Below, one piece after another: positions 10,925-20,656 of a stretch of DNA of 64,000 bases. Source of the stretch: SAR202 cluster bacterium (lineage in GTDB: Bacteria; Chloroflexota; Dehalococcoidia; Lucifugimonadales; UBA1123). Location of the stretch: assembly GCA_030752795.1 (NCBI GenBank), contig JASMDM010000033.1:1441-65440 (forward strand). Direction: 5' to 3'. The stretch's first letter is position 1. Every line of letters starts with the position of its first letter. The translations under genes were made by a program, and so were the position numbers. The notes beneath the pieces are model-generated. The model did no database searches, was not told the origin of the DNA, and was given only the letters and a program-made list of their open reading frames with translations.

Positions 10925-11993
10925 CGTTGGCCTCCCCGAGCGCCGACAATGACTTGAGGTAGGGGGGCCTCGCGACCGACTGCTCGGTGATGATCGCTGT
11001 GATATATCTGCCCGGTGTCACGTCGAAAGCGACGTTCATCGCATCGACGCCGGGCGGCGCGGTTCGTCTGGTCGCGAACTCCAGCACCTCGTCTTGCGAT
11101 CGTTCCTCGATTGTGATCTCCTCGCCGGAGGACAGCGTAAGGTCGAGAGTGCCTGTCGGCGCCGCCACGTAGAATGGCACCCCGGTCTCTTTTGCCAGCA
11201 CCGCCAGCGAATACGTGCCGACTTTGTTGGCGACGTCGCCGTTGGCCGCGATCCGGTCCGCGCCCACGACGATCGCCTGGACGAACCCGCGCCTGAGAAG
11301 CTGACCGGCCGATGAATCGGTAATCAGCGTGGTGTCGACCCCCGATTTCGAGAGCTCCCAGGCGGTCAACCGAGCGCCTTGAAGCAACGGCCTCGTCTCG
11401 GTCGCGAACACCTTCGTGATGCGTTGGTCGTTCCAAGCCGTCCTGATGACGCCGAGAGCCGTGCCGTAGCCGCCCGTCGCCAACGCGCCGGCATTGCAAT
11501 GAGTCAGCACCTGGCTACCCCAGGGGATGAGCCGGGCCCCGTGCTTGCCGATGCGGTGATTGAAGGCCAAGTCTTCCTCGTGGATAGCCACGGACTCCGA
11601 GGTCAGGTCGGCAACGATCTCTTCGGTGGATTGCGCCGTTGACTGAGCTCCCAAACAACGCGCCAGCAGCCTGTCGACAGCCCACGCCAGATTCGCGCCG
11701 GTTGGCCTCGCGCCTTTGATCTCGCGAGCAGCTTCACACAACCGTTCGGAGAAGTCACCGTTGGCCGTCCCCGACAGCTCCATCGCCGCCAGTGCGAGTG
11801 CGTAGGCCCCGGCGATGCCGATGGCGGGCGCTCCCCGCACGAGCATCTCTTGAATTGCCCGGATGACCTCCCGGTAATCGGATGTCTCGAACCAAACCTC
11901 CTCCAACGGGAGTCGTGTCTGGTCGATCAGGCTGAGGCGGTCGCCTTGCCAGATTAACGGGCTGAATCCAGAGAAGCCAGCGGACTTCACCAT
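10917..11993 (-). CDS. mtnA: S-methyl-5-thioribose-1-phosphate isomerase
   Basis: eIF-2B alpha/beta/delta-like fold with WQGDRLSLIDQTRLP, CNAGALATGGYGTALGVIR and VGADRIAANGDVANKVGTY. I moved the start to ATG 11993 (SD GGAGGG = rc of 11995-12000). The upstream 53 codons of the track ORF cover the riboswitch expression platform. Confidence 0.9.
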   Translation of the reverse strand: MVKSAGFSGFSPLIWQGDRLSLIDQTRLPLEEVWFETSDYREVIRAIQEMLVRGAPAIGIAGAYALALAAMELSGTANGDFSERLCEAAREIKGARPTGANLAWAVDRLLARCLGAQSTAQSTEEIVADLTSESVAIHEEDLAFNHRIGKHGARLIPWGSQVLTHCNAGALATGGYGTALGVIRTAWNDQRITKVFATETRPLLQGARLTAWELSKSGVDTTLITDSSAGQLLRRGFVQAIVVGADRIAANGDVANKVGTYSLAVLAKETGVPFYVAAPTGTLDLTLSSGEEITIEERSQDEVLEFATRRTAPPGVDAMNVAFDVTPGRYITAIITEQSVARPPYLKSLSALGEANVG

Positions 11994-12108
11994 ACCCTCC
12001 TGCGACGAACTGAGCTGCGTGCGAACGGGTGGGGATGGGGCCGGTAGGTTCTCAATACAAAAAGAACTTCCCAATGCAGAGCAGAGAAGTCCTAAATTAA
12101 GGACACTG

Positions 12109-12230
12109 CTCTCATCTCTCAAGCGTGTAACGCTCGTCGGATTTGGCACCATATCTCGTGCGCGGATGGGCGCTCAAGCGGGTTGCCGGGCTTCAAGGGG
12201 CCGATCCCTCCGCCACTCTTGATAAGAGCT
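12109..12230 (-). promoter_or_regulatory. SAM-I (S-box) riboswitch aptamer
   Basis: Reverse-strand RNA is AGCUCUUAUCAAGAGUGGCGGAGGGAUCGGCCCCUUGAAGCCCGGCAACCCGCUUGAGCGCCCAUCCGCGCACGAGAUAUGGUGCCAAAUCCGACGAGCGUUACACGCUUGAGAGAUGAGAG. It has P1 CUCUUAUC/GAUGAGAG, the GGAGGGA..GGCCC..UGAA.CCCGGCAACC core, GGUGCCAAAUCC and AGAUGAG. It lies about 115 nt upstream of the mtnA start. Confidence 0.9.
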
Positions 12231-12260
12231 GCGACTTATTCAATTGTCATGGGCACAAAA

Positions 12261-12290
12261 ATCCTACAACGTGCGACTCGGCAATGTCAA
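12261..12290 (-). promoter_or_regulatory. candidate sigma-70-type promoter for the riboswitch/mtnA transcript
   Basis: -35 TTGACA (rc of 12285-12290), an 18-nt spacer, then -10 TAGGAT (rc of 12261-12266), about 30 nt upstream of the aptamer. Confidence 0.35.
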
Positions 12291-12838
12291 GGAGATGGCT
12301 TCGTCGGGCGTCGTTCAGCCGAGGAACCGGGGTTAACCAGCCGGTCAATCCAACGACGGCAACTGCGTCCGATGACATTCATGACGGACCATGCCAACCG
12401 GCGTCCGACACAATTCCGTAGAGGAGGGTTTCAAACCCTCCAGCCGTCTGCGCCCCGAATCTCGTAACGACCAACAGGACCAGCGACGGCTACCGCGCAT
12501 AGCGATGCATAATGGGGGCGAAACACGCAACCACTCTAGACCCGCTCTGCGATCGATCGCGACGCCGTCTTCGGCGTGTGTCGCAATCGGTCGTGACGGT
12601 CATCAACTAAACAAGTTGTGCCCGACGCGTCTCACGATGCTGAGCATCCGTCCATGGTGAGCATCGCTCCCGTCCGTTCGCCCTTAGCTCGTCGAAGGGC
12701 CGCCCATACTCAAGTGTCGCATAAGTCGCCATGGTCATTTACCCAATACGTTTTGCGCAACGTTTCTTGCCATGATGGGCGCTCCTGAAAAAAAGAAGAG
12801 TTTGGGGTTGCTCAGGCAACAGTGCTAGTTCAACGACC

Positions 12839-12869
12839 GGATTCTTCGGCTGCGGCCTCTGAATGACAT
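12839..12869 (-). repeat. dispersed 31-nt repeat, copy 1 (ATGTCATTCAGAGGCCGCAGCCGAAGAATCC on the minus strand)
   Basis: 25/31 identical to copy 2 at 32555-32585 (ATGTCATTCTGAATCCGCAGATGAAGAATCT). Both copies are intergenic. Confidence 0.5.
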
Positions 12870-12989
12870 GTTTTGTTGGCGCCACTTATTTCGATTGTCA
12901 CCATAACGGCCAGAGAACCGGTCATATTCGGACCGACATCGTCACGACATGCGGGCCAAACCAAACTCCGCGTGGATGCCGAACCCGCG

Positions 12990-13027
12990 CAAAGAAAAAC
13001 AGAGGCCCCGGATAACCGGGGCCTCTG
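12990..13027 (-). terminator. rho-independent terminator of groESL
   Basis: Perfect 12-bp stem CAGAGGCCCCGG / CCGGGGCCTCTG (13000-13011 / 13016-13027) with loop ATAA. It is followed on the minus strand by UUUUUCUUU, 24 nt after the groEL stop. Confidence 0.85.
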
Positions 13028-13050
13028 CACTCATTGCTTCGAGATGGGGA

Positions 13051-14667
<1,617 letters not shown>

Positions 14668-14705
14668 CTAGTCCTCCTGGCCCCGACTCGTCGAGGCTTC
14701 ATTGC

Positions 14706-15011
14706 CTACTTTTTGAATAGGATGTCGTCCTCGCGGAGCACCAGGTACTCGGTGTCGCCTTCTTTGTATTCGGTTCCGGAGTACTTCGAGTAGACGACGG
14801 TGTCGCCGACCGCGACCTCCATGGCAACTCGCTCACCCGCGTCGTTCAATCGGCCTGGGCCGGTCGCGACGATCGTGCCTTCTTGCGGTTTTTCTTTTGC
14901 CGTGTCGGGAATGTAGATGCCCCCGGCGCTCATTTGCTCATCGGATTCCTGGGGTTCAACGACCACCCGGTTACCGAGAGGCTTGAACGAAACCTTCGTG
15001 CCTGTAGCCAT
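14706..15011 (-). CDS. groS: co-chaperonin GroES
   Basis: 101 aa with [11 protein letters not shown]...[31 protein letters not shown] lies upstream. Confidence 0.97.
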   Translation of the reverse strand: MATGTKVSFKPLGNRVVVEPQESDEQMSAGGIYIPDTAKEKPQEGTIVATGPGRLNDAGERVAMEVAVGDTVVYSKYSGTEYKEGDTEYLVLREDDILFKK

Positions 15012-15058
15012 GCTCTCGAGACCTCCTCACGTGTCCTTAAATGATTGATTACTTCGCG

Positions 15059-15085
15059 TTAGCAGTCGGATTGGTTGACTGCTAA
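15059..15085 (-). promoter_or_regulatory. CIRCE operator (HrcA binding site)
   Basis: Perfect inverted repeat TTAGCAGTC-N9-GACTGCTAA in the groES leader. The consensus is TTAGCACTC-N9-GAGTGCTAA. Confidence 0.9.
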
Positions 15086-15090
15086 AAGTC

Positions 15091-15120
15091 ATAATAACGG
15101 AGTGTTTTCATGTGTGTCAA
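15091..15120 (-). promoter_or_regulatory. candidate groESL promoter
   Basis: -35 TTGACA (rc of 15115-15120), an 18-nt spacer, then -10 TATTAT (rc of 15091-15096), directly upstream of CIRCE. Confidence 0.5.
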
Positions 15121-15154
15121 ATTGATAGTGACGCATCGTGAACCCCGACCCATT

Positions 15155-15246
15155 TCGGCAGCCGAATTGACAGTTGCGAGCAGCCGCATATATCATCCGG
15201 TCGGCAGCCGAATTGACGGTTGCGAGCAGCCGCATATATCATCCGG
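15155..15246. repeat. head-to-tail tandem duplication of a 46-bp unit (45/46 identical). Each copy holds a promoter-like TTGAC(A/G)-N16-TATATC.
   Basis: 15155-15200 = TCGGCAGCCGAATTGACAGTTGCGAGCAGCCGCATATATCATCCGG. 15201-15246 is identical except A>G at 15172/15218. Confidence 0.95.
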
Positions 15247-15283
15247 CAAGCGCGATCCGATCTCAAACGGAGGCCATACCGAG

Positions 15284-16186
15284 CTGCCTAATACACTCGT
15301 GGCGCTGCTGAGGACGATGCGTCCGCGGCAGTGGACCAAAAACCTGCTGGTCTTCCTGGCGCTCTTCTTCACGATCAACGAGGCGTGGACGCTCGACGAT
15401 CTGTCTGCCGCGTTCGAGTTCGTTGGGCGCAGCTTCGGAGCTCTGGCGGTGTTTTGCGCTCTGAGCGGAGCCGTATACATCATCAACGATGTCACGGACG
15501 CCGAAAGCGATCGAGCTCATCCGCGCAAGAGAACACGGCCCATCGCATCAGGCGATCTCGCCGCGAAACCAGCCCTCTTCGTAGCCGTCGCGCTGATCGC
15601 GGCGGTTCTCGGCGGAGCGTTCGCTCTCGATCCGATGTTCGGCGGCGTCGCGGTAGGTTACGTTGCGACGACCGTCGCTTACTCATTCGTGCTCAAGAAC
15701 GTGATCCTGCTGGACGTGTTCGCCGTCGCGGCCGGATTCGTGCTGAGAGTCGTGGCGGGCGCTGCCGTGCTGGACGTGCCGATTTCGCCGTGGCTGTATC
15801 TTTGCACTGGCTTGGGGGCGCTCTACATCGCGTTGTCGAAACGAAGGAGCGAATTGGCGTCGGCGGGCGAGGCCGCAGCCAATCAGCGCGGCATCTTGGG
15901 CCGATACTCGTTGGGTTTGCTGGACCAACTATCAGGCGTCGTGGCGACCTCGGCGATGATCAGCTACTCGCTATACACCTTCACGGCGCCGAACCTTCCG
16001 GACAACCACACGATGATGCTCACCATCCCGTTCGTCGGCTACGGGCTGTTCCGATACATGTATCTGGTGCACAGCCACAATCTGGGCGAGAACCCCGAAG
16101 AGATCATCCTCACCGACTTTCCGATGACGGCATCGATCGTCCTCTGGGTGGCGACAACCGCGTGGGTGCTGATGGCGTTCAGGTAG
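15284..16186 (+). CDS. UbiA-family prenyltransferase, decaprenyl-phosphate phosphoribosyltransferase-like
   Basis: RPRQWTKNLLVF, the NDVTDAESDRAHPRKRTRPIASG motif and about 8 TM helices. The start is uncertain: CTG 15284 (SD GGAGG 15269-15273), GTG 15299 or ATG 15317. The track start at 15110 would read through the groESL promoter and the 46-bp duplication, whose length is not a multiple of 3. Confidence 0.75.
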   Translation: MPNTLVALLRTMRPRQWTKNLLVFLALFFTINEAWTLDDLSAAFEFVGRSFGALAVFCALSGAVYIINDVTDAESDRAHPRKRTRPIASGDLAAKPALFVAVALIAAVLGGAFALDPMFGGVAVGYVATTVAYSFVLKNVILLDVFAVAAGFVLRVVAGAAVLDVPISPWLYLCTGLGALYIALSKRRSELASAGEAAANQRGILGRYSLGLLDQLSGVVATSAMISYSLYTFTAPNLPDNHTMMLTIPFVGYGLFRYMYLVHSHNLGENPEEIILTDFPMTASIVLWVATTAWVLMAFR

Positions 16187-16409
16187 GGTCCGGAGCCACG
16201 TTGTGAGCTGTCCCGCACGAGAAGCCCAATCTGAGACCAATGGTGGCCTCGGTCTTTAGGCCGAGCCTGGGGCCGGGAGCTTGGGCGTCAACGCCAGAGC
16301 ACCGATGCACCGTCCGACTCAACGACGTTCACCAAGTAGCCCATGCAGTCGCCCTGTGCTACACTCCGACAGGCGTCGAGCGACCCATATTTTCGGCGCA
16401 GGAGCAGCG

Positions 16410-18440
16410 ATGGTTCCCCCCGAGAATCTGTTTGGCGCGATACCGATCTGGATAGGCGTCTACCTGCTGACGGCGTTGTCGTTTTCAGGCGCGGGATACA
16501 TCCTCTGGAGGCGCGTTTTCAGGCTCGTAATGATCGGGAAACGGCCCGACCGATTCTCACCGCCGATCAAGCGCTTGCTCCCAGCCGCCTCGATTGTCGT
16601 GGCGCAGCTCAAGGTGCTCCAGAGCGTCTCAATACGCGACCGCGGCGGACTCACTCACGCATTCATCTTCTGGGGATTCCTGTCGTTCTCCGCGAGCTAC
16701 GGCCTGTTCATATGGGCTGATTCCGCTTGGCGGCCTTTTTCGGAGAAAGTGTTGACCGAGCGAGGCGTCGAGGCATTTGGTTTCTACCTGGACGTGCTGG
16801 CGACGATCTTCTTCTTCGTGCTCGTGTGGGTCGCCGTGCGGCGATGGGTGGTCAAGCCCAACCGCCTATCGTTCGACTTGACGCAGAAAAAAGAATCAGG
16901 CTACATCCTGATACTGATCGGGCTGTTGATGGCGTTCACACTGCTGACCGAGGGCGCATACGTTGCGTCCGGCGGTGGCGGTCCGCACTCGACGCCGCCC
17001 GTGGGCAACGCAATCGGCGAAGTCATGATAGACGCCGGAATCGACGGAAACCTTGCCAACGGACTTCAGGCCCTGTTCTGGTGGCTCCACCTTGGCATCA
17101 TCTTGGGTTTCGCCATGTACATACCGCTCTCGAAGCACATCCACCTGGTCGGGGCTCCGCTGAACTGGTACACGCGCTCCCTGGAACCCCGTGGGACGCT
17201 GATCACGCCGACCGATCTCGAAACCGCTGAGGCCTTCGGCGCCAGTCGGGTACAGGACTTCACGTGGCGCGAGTTGTTGGACGGCTACGCGTGCGCCGTT
17301 TGCGGCCGCTGCTCCGACGCGTGTCCCGCGAACATCACCGGCAAGCTGCTGTCCCCGATGCACATCGTCGAGGGCATCAAAGAGCACGTGCTCGAGACCG
17401 GGCCCGGCATATTGAACGGCCAAGACGAGCAAGAGAAGACGCCGCTCATCGGGACTTGGGTCCAGGAAGAAGCGCTGTGGGATTGCTTGACCTGCGGCGC
17501 GTGCATGCGTGAGTGCCCGGTAGGCGTCGAGCACATCAACAGCATCGTGGACATGCGCCGTTACCTTGTTATGGAGCAGGCAAGTATGCCCGAGACCGCC
17601 ATGAACGCGCTCCTCAGCATGGAACAGCGCGGCCACCCGTGGCGCGGGACGACCTACTCACGGACCGACTGGGCCGAAGGCCTCGACATCAAGATTCTGG
17701 CCGACCACCCGGACGCCGACGTACTCTTCTGGGTCGGATGCACCGGCGCACTGGAGCAACGCAGCCAAGCCGTCGCGAGATCGATGGCGTCGGTGCTCAA
17801 GCGCGCGGGCGTCAACTTTGCGATCTTGGGCGCGGAGGAGACGTGCTCCGGCGATCCGGCTCGTCGTATGGGCAACGAGTACCTCTACCAGATGCTCGCC
17901 ATGCAAAACATCGAGACGATGAACGGCTACAACGTCAAGAAAGTCGTCACCATCTGCCCGCACTGCTTCAACAACATCAAGAACGAGTACCCGCACCTGG
18001 GCGGCGAATACGAGGTGCTGCACTACACCGAGTTCGTCGCCGAGCTTATCGAGCAGGGCAAGATCAAGCCCGTCGCGACGGTGGAGTCGTCGATGGCTTA
18101 TCACGACTCCTGCTATCTTGGACGCCACAACGACGTCTACGATCCGCCCCGTCAGGTCGCGAACGCCATACCGGGGCTCGAACTCGTCGAGATGGACCGA
18201 CGTCGTGAGCGCGGATTTTGCTGCGGCGCGGGCGGCGGACACATGTGGATCGAGGAGAACCGCGGCGAGCGCGTCAACCACGTCCGTACGGACCAGTTCC
18301 TTGAGACCTCCGCCGACACTATCGGCGTGTCGTGCCCGTACTGCCTCCAGATGTTCGAAGAAGGCATCGGCGCCAAAGGCTTGGAGGGCGTGAAGCAGGC
18401 GAAGGACCTTCTCGAAATCCTCGACGAGAGCCTGACGTAA
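16410..18440 (+). CDS. membrane-anchored Fe-S oxidoreductase (HdrD/GlcF/DsrK-like; two 4Fe-4S motifs plus two CCG domains)
   Basis: The N-terminal ~300 aa are hydrophobic with multiple helices. Then come CAVCGRCSDACP and CLTCGACMRECP, followed by the Cys-rich segments WVGCTGA, ICPHCFN, YHDSCYLGR and GFCCGAGGG. Start set to ATG 16410 (SD GGAG 16401-16404). Confidence 0.8.
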   Translation: MVPPENLFGAIPIWIGVYLLTALSFSGAGYILWRRVFRLVMIGKRPDRFSPPIKRLLPAASIVVAQLKVLQSVSIRDRGGLTHAFIFWGFLSFSASYGLFIWADSAWRPFSEKVLTERGVEAFGFYLDVLATIFFFVLVWVAVRRWVVKPNRLSFDLTQKKESGYILILIGLLMAFTLLTEGAYVASGGGGPHSTPPVGNAIGEVMIDAGIDGNLANGLQALFWWLHLGIILGFAMYIPLSKHIHLVGAPLNWYTRSLEPRGTLITPTDLETAEAFGASRVQDFTWRELLDGYACAVCGRCSDACPANITGKLLSPMHIVEGIKEHVLETGPGILNGQDEQEKTPLIGTWVQEEALWDCLTCGACMRECPVGVEHINSIVDMRRYLVMEQASMPETAMNALLSMEQRGHPWRGTTYSRTDWAEGLDIKILADHPDADVLFWVGCTGALEQRSQAVARSMASVLKRAGVNFAILGAEETCSGDPARRMGNEYLYQMLAMQNIETMNGYNVKKVVTICPHCFNNIKNEYPHLGGEYEVLHYTEFVAELIEQGKIKPVATVESSMAYHDSCYLGRHNDVYDPPRQVANAIPGLELVEMDRRRERGFCCGAGGGHMWIEENRGERVNHVRTDQFLETSADTIGVSCPYCLQMFEEGIGAKGLEGVKQAKDLLEILDESLT

Positions 18441-18474
18441 CTACGATCGTTATTCAGAGGGTGCCGGACGCAAC

Positions 18475-19530
18475 ATGAAAGCAGCAGTCTTCTACGGCGG
18501 ACACGATATACGAGTCGAGAAGTTGCCAGACCCCGAACCGGGTCCGGGCGAGGTTTTGCTTCGGGTGCGTTCCGCCGGCGTTTGCGGCAGCGACCTGCAC
18601 CCGTACCGAGCTCCGCCGGTTGACGGTATCCGCGAACCGCACCAGCGCGGTCACGAGCTCGCCGCGGACGTCGTGGCGCTGGGCGAAGGCGTCGAGGATG
18701 TCTCCGCCGGTCAACGGGTCGGCGTCGAAGCCGAGCACTTGCTCGGGTGCGGCGCGTGCCGAGCGTGCAGGCATGCCCAGAATCACATTTGCGCCGATCG
18801 CGGATTCCGCAACGGCGAGCGACAGGAGAGCCACGGTTTTTCGCAGCTCGACGTTTGCCTCGCTACGAGCTGCCACGTGCTGCCAGAAAGCGTGTCGTTC
18901 GACGCGGCTACGCAACTGGATTGCTACGCGTGCGGCGTCCACGCATTGAATCGTATGCCGGTCGGACCCGACTCCACAGTGGTCGTGATCGGCACCGGCG
19001 CGATCGGCATGACCCTGGGCCAGCTCGCGAGAGCGTACGGCGCGGGACAGGTCGTGATGGTCGGGACCAGGCCGGAGCCGTTGGCGATCGCGATGGAAGC
19101 GAACGCCGCGGACGTCGTGCTCGCGATCTCGGACGGCGACCCGGTCCAGGCGCTGCTCGATTCGACGAACGGCCACGGCGCCGACACCGTGTTCGAAACC
19201 GTCGGCGGCAAGTCGTCCACGATCGACCAGGCAATCGGCATGGCGCGCTACGGCGGCTCCGTCAGTGTCTTAGGCGTGTTCACGGGATCTCCGACGGTTG
19301 ATGTTCGGTCCGCGTACCGCAAAGAGCTGAACATTCGTTGGTCGAACAGCTACTCGTCATGGCAAGGCGTCTCCGAATACCAGACGGCTCTCCGACTCTT
19401 GGTCAGCGGCTGGGTCGACCCGTCGGCGTTCATCACGTCGCACTTTCCACTGGAGTCGATTGGCGAAGCCTTCGCTGCCGCGGACGACAAGCGCAACTCC
19501 GGCGCCATCAAGGTGATGGTGCACCCATAA
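18475..19530 (+). CDS. zinc-dependent alcohol dehydrogenase (MDR family; threonine/sorbitol dehydrogenase-like)
   Basis: 351 aa with GVCGSDLH, structural-Zn Cys residues (CGACRACRHAQNHIC) and the VIGTGAIG Rossmann motif. Confidence 0.9.
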   Translation: MKAAVFYGGHDIRVEKLPDPEPGPGEVLLRVRSAGVCGSDLHPYRAPPVDGIREPHQRGHELAADVVALGEGVEDVSAGQRVGVEAEHLLGCGACRACRHAQNHICADRGFRNGERQESHGFSQLDVCLATSCHVLPESVSFDAATQLDCYACGVHALNRMPVGPDSTVVVIGTGAIGMTLGQLARAYGAGQVVMVGTRPEPLAIAMEANAADVVLAISDGDPVQALLDSTNGHGADTVFETVGGKSSTIDQAIGMARYGGSVSVLGVFTGSPTVDVRSAYRKELNIRWSNSYSSWQGVSEYQTALRLLVSGWVDPSAFITSHFPLESIGEAFAAADDKRNSGAIKVMVHP

Positions 19531-19606
19531 CGAGGCGTTTGATTTCATCGCCGCCCTTGCGAACGCGCCCTCAGACCATCTGTCCGCAATTGAGGCCGAT
19601 ACCCTC

Positions 19607-19855
19607 ATGGACGAGATGGACGTGTCCGATGCACTACGTGAGTTTGTGGTCGCTGACATCGTGGGCGGGCAATACCAGTGCGACGGCTGCTTCCCCGACG
19701 GGTGCGGCCCCAACGCCGCCGAACATATCCTCTCAGACGGGGGCACATGGCACCCGAAGAGCCTCCGAGCCCAGGACGCGTGGGATCAACCCATCTCACG
19801 CCTCGGCCTAATTCGCGAGATCGCAACGAGGCGAGAGCGACCGGCTTTAAGTTAG
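19607..19855 (+). CDS. hypothetical protein (possibly a 5'-truncated remnant)
   Basis: 82-aa ORF with protein-like composition. The same frame is open and protein-like for 30 more codons upstream (NEAFDFIAALANAPSDHLSAIEADTL) but has no start codon there. An 11-bp-stem hairpin (19846-19874) straddles the stop. Confidence 0.25.
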   Translation: MDEMDVSDALREFVVADIVGGQYQCDGCFPDGCGPNAAEHILSDGGTWHPKSLRAQDAWDQPISRLGLIREIATRRERPALS

Positions 19856-20001
19856 GCCCAGACCTTAACTTAAAGGTAGTGTCTACCCTACACACATACC
19901 CTACACTCGGACGCAACTTGCATGGCTGAGTCAACTATGCTGAACTGAGGCCCATACGCTAGGCTAGGCCGCAACCCCAAGCACAACACGAGGAGGTCCA
20001 G

Positions 20002-20202
20002 ATGACGATCCAACGACGAGACGGCACTATCGCCAAAAACTGGATGCTGACGTCGGTCCCGGTGACCGCAATCGAAGCGGTCCGCGAGGCCGCGTTCGGC
20101 GAGCGACTCACCATGCGAGAGTGGATACTCGCCGCAATCGCCGAGAAACTCGAAAAGGACGCACAACAGGGAAACAGCGCCCCTCGTCGATCGCTACCCT
20201 GA
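20002..20202 (+). CDS. small ribbon-helix-helix (CopG/Arc/MetJ-like) protein
   Basis: 66 aa. A strong SD GAGGAGG sits 6 nt before the ATG. ...VPVTAIEAVREAAFGERLTMREWILAAIAEKLEKD fits a beta-strand-helix-helix layout. Confidence 0.5.
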   Translation: MTIQRRDGTIAKNWMLTSVPVTAIEAVREAAFGERLTMREWILAAIAEKLEKDAQQGNSAPRRSLP

Positions 20203-20656
20203 CCCTGCGAGTGAACGGTCCGGCTCGATGTGGACGACGTCTGCCGCTAGGTCTCAGATCGTTCGTTTCCTTCACAACTCATGAAAATCGACGAGACCGC
20301 CCGTAGGAACTGCGAGCGGTCAGTGCCGACGGATGTTGGCAACAGATCTCCAACTGGTTCGCGGCTGGTCCCACACTCCCGACCGAAATGATTGTTGCGA
20401 CACCTCAACTCCTCCGCATGGCTTCACCTCTTACGACTCCAGGTTTGATCCTGCTCGGAGCACGCAATAGGGAGTCCAGAGGCGCGCGCCCCTCTGGCAA
20501 GGGGACTGGGGGATGTGCCCCAGCGCCAAAACCCACGCGGGCGGGCGGATGGGTACACCGCCTTTTCCGCTACGGGACGATCAAAATTCGGGCGCGACGC
20601 AAACCCGCCCACGGGGTCTCAGAATGGCCAAGCACTTCAGTCAGCAACACGCCAAC

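Noticed and set aside
12423-12441. Perfect hairpin GGAGGGT-TTCAA-ACCCTCC that looks like a tRNA/tmRNA T-arm
   Set aside because: No acceptor stem, no D or anticodon arm, and no CCA or tmRNA tag frame can be built around it on either strand. The loop is 5 nt, not the 7-nt T-loop.
15155-15246. Possible CRISPR-like or minisatellite array
   Set aside because: There are only two directly abutting copies, no spacers and no cas genes. It is better explained as a simple tandem duplication of a promoter region.
15110-15283. N-terminal extension of the UbiA-family ORF (track start ATG 15110)
   Set aside because: It would run through the groESL -35 box and the 46-bp tandem duplication. The duplication length is not a multiple of 3, so the two copies translate differently. 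The extension has no hydrophobic or conserved character.
20401-20460. Motifs resembling the ends of 16S rRNA: GGTTTGATCCTGCTCGG (compare AGAGTTTGATCCTGGCTCAG), and on the other strand GTCGTAAGAGGTGAAGCC (compare GTCGTAACAAGGTAGCC)
   Set aside because: Only about 11 contiguous matching bases. The two motifs are in the wrong relative orientation for a deleted rRNA gene. No other rRNA sequence is nearby. I treat it as chance resemblance or at most an ancient scrap, not supportable as a feature.
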